Shown piece by piece: positions 59,801 through 64,000 of a stretch of 64,000 bases of DNA. The notes under the pieces are model-generated. The model saw only the letters and a list, made by a program, of their open reading frames with translations. It was not told the origin of the DNA and ran no database searches. Both the position numbers and the translations under genes were made by a program. The stretch lies in assembly GCA_035557475.1 (NCBI GenBank), contig DATMDV010000370.1, forward strand, positions 2,336-66,335. The letters run 5' to 3'. Positions within the stretch are counted from its first letter, which is position 1; the number at the start of each line of letters is the position of its first letter. The stretch is from Ilumatobacteraceae bacterium. GTDB taxonomy: Bacteria; Actinomycetota; Acidimicrobiia; Acidimicrobiales; Ilumatobacteraceae.

Positions 59801-62600
59801 GTGGCAGTTCGAGCTCGTCGCCCGCAACCCAGTCGAGAGTCGTCGGAGCGCGTCGAGCGACGACTGGTGCCTCGGTCGGCAGGATGTCGGTCGCACCCTT
59901 GCGCAGCAGTTCGGACACCGCGGCGACGACGTCTCGGTCGGTCGTGAGGCCTCCGTGATCGGCGGTCGAGTACCAGACCTTCGTGATCGCCGGTCGACCA
60001 TTCGCGTCGCGGGCGATGCCGGCATCGTGGGTGACCCGACCGTCACCGGCTCGGGTCTGCTGGAAGCGAAATCGTCCTGGCCCTTCGATCCGCAGCTTGG
60101 CAGGAGTGTCATGCCCACTGCCGGCGACGTAGAGCATCCGCGCCGCGTCGAACCCGTCGGTGGCCAGCGCGACATGGATCCGTCGCGCCTCGTCGAGCAA
60201 CGGCTTGCGCACCTGTTTCGCCTCCCAGCTGGCCGGGTCGTACAGCCGGGCATGCTCGCTCTCCCCTTCCGGTAGGTCGGGTGACGGAAGGAGTTGGTAG
60301 GCGCCGGGAAAGCTGGCGACGATCTGTTGCACCTCATCGCGGTTGTTGCGCAGGTCGAGCCGGGCGAGCCAGCGCACCATCTTGTCCTCGGCGGTCAGCG
60401 CGGTGGCGATCGACAGCGACCCGAGCGACGGGGTTCCGAGCATCACCAGCCGACCGCCCTTGGCGACGTCGCCACGGTCGAAGAGTCGATCCCACGACTT
60501 GCGGTGCCGGGCCCGCAGCATGCGGCACACGAGGCCGCCCATCGAGTGGGCGACGAGGTGGGCCGGCTGACCCCACTCGTCGACCTTTTTGGCGAGGAGG
60601 TCGGCGGCGGCGTCGATCCCGAGCCGCCAGTCGAACGCCACGGGCACCACGTCCCACTCACTGTCGAGTCCCATGATGAGGGGGAGATAGACGCGATAGA
60701 GGCCGTCAGCGCTGATGTCGTCGCCGGCCGGATGACCCAGACGGCGGAACTCACCGTTGACGAGACGCAGGGGGTTGATCCAAATGCGGTCGCTGTCGCC
60801 ACCCCGCTCGTGCGCCGACAGCAGCGAGCCCATGATGCCGTGCAGCACGAACACGCGACCGGCCTTGGACGCTCCCGCGCCCCGCGCGAACCGGTCGAGA
60901 GCAACCGGGCCGATCTGCGCCTCGAGGGCCCGGCGGTCGCGCTCGGACAGGGCCTGGATGGCGGTCCGAACACCGTCGAGATCGCCGGCGGCGAGGCGCT
61001 CGTCGACGCCGGCGAGCGGATCGGTCTCCTCGGTGCCGGTGAGCAACGCCGGCCCGGCCGCGCGGGCCAGCGTCGTGCCCGCCGCAGCCGGCGTCGCCCG
61101 CAGCGCGGGATCGGCGGCACCGAACCAGCGCTCGAAGGCGGCGATCACATCGGCCGCTGTCCAGAACGACGAATGGTCGACGCCGCGGGCCGCCGGCAGC
61201 ACGACCCGCTCGGTGATCGGAAAGCCGGTCGCGCCATTCCACTGGTAGGTGCTGCTCGTCGGAACGATGAGGTCGTTCGGTTCGTAGTCGAAGACGTGGT
61301 CGAACAGCGCATCGCGGGCGATGCGCGCCAGACCACTCCCACGCGGCGGCTCGTAATCGGAGGCGATCGCGCGGTAGCGGGCGGTCACCGGCCGGGGCTT
61401 GTTGAGTTGGGCGAGGAAGCCGTCGGCATCGTGTTCCGCCGCTCGCATCGCCATCAGTCCGTCGAGACCCTTCATCGCCGAGACCGCCAACTGCTTGACC
61501 ACGCCGACGACGCCAGTGATCGTGTCGAGCACCGGACTGGCCGGGTTGTCGGGCACGAGGTCGACGAGGTTCGTGAGCGAATCGACCAGACCGCCGAGGT
61601 GGTCGGGGTCGGCGAGCGGCGTGCCGTGGCTCGGTGTCGCCACGAACACCACCTGGCGGACGCGAAGACGTCCGGAGCCGATGCCGACGTCGTCGGCGCG
61701 CTCGGTCAGCATGCGGGCGACGAGACCGCCCCGCGAATGCGCGAGCACATCGACTTCGAGTCCGGCGTCGGCGGGAAGCATCTCAGCCAGCCGCCGGCAG
61801 TTCTCGGCCGGGTCGATCGACAGGGTGGGATGGTCGAACGCAAACACGCGGCCGTCGTATTGCTGGTGGAGGCGGGCGACGACATCGTCGGGGAGCCGGC
61901 CGAACCCCGAGTGCGTGAGGCAGTTGACGCCATGGAGCACCAGCAGCGCCGGGCCCTTGGCCAACTCGAGGAGATCCGGTGATTCGCCGGCGGGCAAGCG
62001 GTAGTCCTTGACCGTGAACGTACGGAGCCGGTGCGGTCGGGCCTGCTCCTCCCACCGGCGGACGAAGAAGTCACCCACCTCGCCTGCCACCTTGTCGACG
62101 AGCTCGAACGTGAGCACGTGGAGCACCTTCTTGGCGAGCCGGCCGACGAGCCCTCGCGACGCCACGACATCGTCGCCGTCGTCGGCATCGGTGACGAGGT
62201 TGATCCTGAACGTCGAGCCCGCTGGCGCACCGCGACGCCGTGAGGCGCCGGGCGCTGACGCCTCCGGAAACACCCACCGAAACGCACCGGCGTCCTCGAC
62301 CAGGAGCACCTGGCCCTGACCGGGCGGCGGTGGCGGCGCGGTGAGCTCGACCGACGCCGCGACATCCGGTCCGATCGGCATCGGCCCACCACCTCGCCGG
62401 GGCGCTCGAGACAAGATCGTGGGGTGGGCCTCCACGGTGGCACCGGCGACCTCTTCGAGCCCGGCGGCGGCCAGCGCGGCGCTCACGGAACCGGGCGGTG
62501 CCGATCGGTCCGGAAGTGCGACCCGCACGTCTCCGCGTGTGGCCGCGAGTCGCAGCCCTCCCATCTCGATCGGTGCGCCGCCCGACTCCAACTCGGTCAT
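56892..62600 (-). CDS. 1902-aa multidomain protein: two lipase-like alpha/beta hydrolase domains + CHAT (caspase-like) protease domain + C-terminal helical-repeat region
   Basis: - Nucleophile elbows VLAHSRGG (Ser ~289) and LVAHSMGG (Ser ~686).
- CHAT dyad context: YQILHIAGHGWF (His ~1422) and PSLVFLNCCHLGS (Cys ~1465/1466).
- The last ~380 aa are Ala/Leu-rich, TPR-like helices.
- No signal peptide.
- GGAGG lies 6 nt before the ATG. Confidence 0.75.
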   Translation of the reverse strand: MTELESGGAPIEMGGLRLAATRGDVRVALPDRSAPPGSVSAALAAAGLEEVAGATVEAHPTILSRAPRRGGGPMPIGPDVAASVELTAPPPPPGQGQVLLVEDAGAFRWVFPEASAPGASRRRGAPAGSTFRINLVTDADDGDDVVASRGLVGRLAKKVLHVLTFELVDKVAGEVGDFFVRRWEEQARPHRLRTFTVKDYRLPAGESPDLLELAKGPALLVLHGVNCLTHSGFGRLPDDVVARLHQQYDGRVFAFDHPTLSIDPAENCRRLAEMLPADAGLEVDVLAHSRGGLVARMLTERADDVGIGSGRLRVRQVVFVATPSHGTPLADPDHLGGLVDSLTNLVDLVPDNPASPVLDTITGVVGVVKQLAVSAMKGLDGLMAMRAAEHDADGFLAQLNKPRPVTARYRAIASDYEPPRGSGLARIARDALFDHVFDYEPNDLIVPTSSTYQWNGATGFPITERVVLPAARGVDHSSFWTAADVIAAFERWFGAADPALRATPAAAGTTLARAAGPALLTGTEETDPLAGVDERLAAGDLDGVRTAIQALSERDRRALEAQIGPVALDRFARGAGASKAGRVFVLHGIMGSLLSAHERGGDSDRIWINPLRLVNGEFRRLGHPAGDDISADGLYRVYLPLIMGLDSEWDVVPVAFDWRLGIDAAADLLAKKVDEWGQPAHLVAHSMGGLVCRMLRARHRKSWDRLFDRGDVAKGGRLVMLGTPSLGSLSIATALTAEDKMVRWLARLDLRNNRDEVQQIVASFPGAYQLLPSPDLPEGESEHARLYDPASWEAKQVRKPLLDEARRIHVALATDGFDAARMLYVAGSGHDTPAKLRIEGPGRFRFQQTRAGDGRVTHDAGIARDANGRPAITKVWYSTADHGGLTTDRDVVAAVSELLRKGATDILPTEAPVVARRAPTTLDWVAGDELELPPLIDPIPLARAVRGRAPSRQQRATIARQYVDEATSSWLGTLRLVDAPLPTLKVSVRHASLEHASHLVVLGHYAGTPFGGAEEWADWLLGGRLTARQVLGRYPATPNDVLRVVPAGEERLGAFAGVAVIGLGEMGDLTPTALARALHNAAVEHALASVPPLLDADEPTPVTVGLSSVLVGSYGPDGLQVPTVVGAIVEGVLLANRELASSQTERPVRIDELEIVELYEQRAEDAARIVRDIERYLPVALQAGGEVRPSDRLVVGEGGRPSAPTAEYGAGMWRRLIVSGPDEKVGDGLVELMFTSLGARARADLVPHVVDNGLVGRMVRDAVGSARVDGTVNVALFELLLPNDLKRELGSVENLVLVVDEQTADIPWEALADRSALGGPEPLVKRMGFVRQLKLIDRPVGDVSTVHPRALVIGDPPAGALFPRLEGAQSEAKAVAEQLAAADVRVVPVIFEGDAQEEAGSAGAVIGMLLADDYQILHIAGHGWFDPEGRDGKPWGGVAIGRNQYLTAVEIGQMRRPPSLVFLNCCHLGSVLTESREGDGSPETADKAILAVQRGRLPQLAASLSRKLMAMGVRAVVAAGWSVDDRAAAEFAKVFYDRMLGGEAFGIAVRAARVAAHQVDGGASNTWAAYQCYGDPAFRLAAAGARSSSASHPVSAEELVRALVALAVQAGDPGADQSRIATEVRALEGLAIPPWDVRGDVWAALGGGFGECGALADSVRAYRKALMCADAHVSLKAVEQLANLEVRLAAALESPQPPDKDELAALIALEPKSPVTATTLRDTAKARIATLLALGRTAERVAINAGFWKAVAASTRGRERTTALRTAARAYAEAWRLDGKPYGALCALQLDGIGGLLQPSRRAAILAAIDAPDFVGPATDFWGRVAHPELALTRALIDASLSDGPTLDAIKAAYIDVFRHRSTARERGSPTRYVAELAILVRDPAVAAALADLAEHLAEWRP

Positions 62601-62658
62601 CCCTGCCTCCCCATGCCCTGCCGCCCCCTTGCACGTCGGGACTCAGCAGTGGCGCACC

Positions 62659-63273
62659 CTAGTTGCGCACGTCAGACGCCAAATCCGGATTCGACGGCGG
62701 TGGCACCGGGCGGTCGCCGACGCGGGCGCCGGTGATGACGGAAGCGTCCGGGAACAGCGTCAGCGAGAGGAGCCGCCGGCGGCGCTCGCCACCGGGCTCG
62801 TGGGCGCGAAGCGGTTCGAGGAGCTCGGTCCAGCGCGTCGCCGCCTCGGCGAGCTCGTCGTCGCTCAGCCACAGCGGGATCTGCTCATAGAGGACGCCGT
62901 CGGGTCCGCGGCCGGTTTCGATCGAGCGGAGATAGCGCTCGAAGCCGGTGATGAGCGAGCCGACGAAGGTGGCGAAGTAGCGCAGGTGATCTTCGGCGGT
63001 GGCGGATGCGACGTCGTCCGGTCCGAGCTCGACGGCCGACTCGACCACGGCGTAGGTCCGTTCGACCCCTCCCCGCACGACGCGCTCGTCGGTCACGTGC
63101 ACGAGGCCGGCGTCGACGAGCCGGGCCACGTGGCGATACAGCGAGGCCTGCGGGACGTCACTCAGAACGTCCTTGAGCTGCTGGGTCGTGAGTTGGCGGC
63201 CGACGAGCGCCTGCACGATGCGGAGACGCACGGGGTGCAAGAGCGTGTCGGCCACGTGCCGTTCGTCAGCCAT
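62659..63273 (-). CDS. ArsR-type winged-helix transcriptional regulator with C-terminal extension
   Basis: LLHPVRLRIVQALVGRQLTTQQLKDVLSDVPQASLYRHVARLVDAGLV (HTH plus wing). It lies 58 nt upstream of, and co-directional with, the giant gene. Confidence 0.75.
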   Translation of the reverse strand: MADERHVADTLLHPVRLRIVQALVGRQLTTQQLKDVLSDVPQASLYRHVARLVDAGLVHVTDERVVRGGVERTYAVVESAVELGPDDVASATAEDHLRYFATFVGSLITGFERYLRSIETGRGPDGVLYEQIPLWLSDDELAEAATRWTELLEPLRAHEPGGERRRRLLSLTLFPDASVITGARVGDRPVPPPSNPDLASDVRN

Positions 63274-63290
63274 GCCCGATGTTTCGGTTG

Positions 63291-63322
63291 ACTCTCATCA
63301 TTGGGAATGATATCACTCTCAT
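63291..63322. promoter_or_regulatory. candidate operator in the divergent ArsR / hydrolase intergenic region
   Basis: The only clearly AT-richer gap in this part of the window. Inverted repeat ATCATT-GGG-AATGAT (63297-63311), flanked by direct repeats ACTCTCAT (63291-63298 and 63315-63322). Confidence 0.4.
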
Positions 63323-63369
63323 AGTTCTCATCTTCGAGAACAAACCCTTGGCGGAACGATCGGACAGCA

Positions 63370-64000
63370 GTGACGGAGCACCACATCGACATCTGGTCCG
63401 ACCAGACCCGCCTGGCGGGTGCGGTCACGCTCCCGACGTCCGCCGGTTCCCATCCGGCCGCGTTGCTGCTCAGCGGCTCGGGACCGTTGGACCGAGACTC
63501 GAACACGAAGCGGATGCGTCTCGACGTCTCGAAGTCCATTGCGGCCGGTCTGCTGTCGCACGGCATCGCATCACTGCGGTACGACAAGCGTGGCGTCGGG
63601 GCCTCGGGTGGCGAGTACCTGCCCGCCGGGTTCGACGACGAGACCGCCGACGCTCGAGCGGCGCTGGATGCACTCCGCACCCACGCTCGCATCGACGCCG
63701 ATCGGGTGATCGTCATCGGCCACTCGGCAGGGGCCACGGTGGCGATGCGACTCGTGCGCACGTCGACGCCGCCCGCCGGCTACGTGTTCTTGGCCGCCGC
63801 GGCCATGACCGGCGAGCAGGTGATGGAGTGGCAGACGCATCGGATCGCGGCGACGCTGCCGTCGCCGCGGGGCAAGCGGGCACGCCGCTTCGAGCGCCGC
63901 CAAGCGCGACACCGTGCCCTGCTCTCGGGATCCACCACCGACATCGTTCGCCTCGCGTGGGTGCGCTGGAACGCACGCTGGTTCAGGGAGTACATGACCT
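63370..64000 (+). CDS. alpha/beta hydrolase (partial; runs off the right edge)
   Basis: The GTG 63370 frame is open to the window end, so it is not in the ORF track. VTEHHIDIWSDQTRLAGAVTLP..., LLLSGSGPLDRDSN, and the nucleophile elbow VIVIGHSAGA. Confidence 0.7.
   Translation, partial: MTEHHIDIWSDQTRLAGAVTLPTSAGSHPAALLLSGSGPLDRDSNTKRMRLDVSKSIAAGLLSHGIASLRYDKRGVGASGGEYLPAGFDDETADARAALDALRTHARIDADRVIVIGHSAGATVAMRLVRTSTPPAGYVFLAAAAMTGEQVMEWQTHRIAATLPSPRGKRARRFERRQARHRALLSGSTTDIVRLAWVRWNARWFREYMT

Overview
Very GC-rich, gene-dense window with frequent GTG/TTG starts and many 4-nt ATGA/GTGA stop-start overlaps, which fits an Actinomycetota-type chromosome. I saw no transposase, integrase, CRISPR array or rRNA.

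Layout:
- 1-17.7 kb: housekeeping and accessory genes. These are argS (partial), a secreted NPP/5'-nucleotidase fusion and a Tat-PhoX flanking tRNA-Arg(CCG), a GGDEF cyclase, a DUF72-UdgX-like operon, and a GTP-cyclohydrolase-II/PTPS-like/ADH/glycosyltransferase cluster.
- 17.8-56.9 kb: a roughly 39-kb, 35-gene polysaccharide locus.
- 56.9-64 kb: a 1902-aa protein with two lipase-like serine-hydrolase domains and a CHAT domain, lying behind an ArsR-type regulator, then a partial alpha/beta hydrolase.

The main result is the polysaccharide locus. It has:
- eight predicted PAPS-type sulfotransferases in four sequence families, with cysDN at its 3' end
- UDP-HexNAc dehydratase, aminotransferase, epimerase and dehydrogenase genes
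- seven glycosyltransferases and a PglC-type priming transferase
- two CE4 deacetylases
- an acyl-ligase/ACP/two-hydrolase module
- both Wzy/PCP-type and ABC (Wzm/Wzt) export parts
- a membrane-anchored G8/beta-helix protein of the CEMIP/TMEM2 type

I read this as a candidate system for a heavily sulfated, acylated, glycosaminoglycan-like exopolysaccharide.

All calls come from reading the translated ORFs and DNA motifs by eye. No database search was run.
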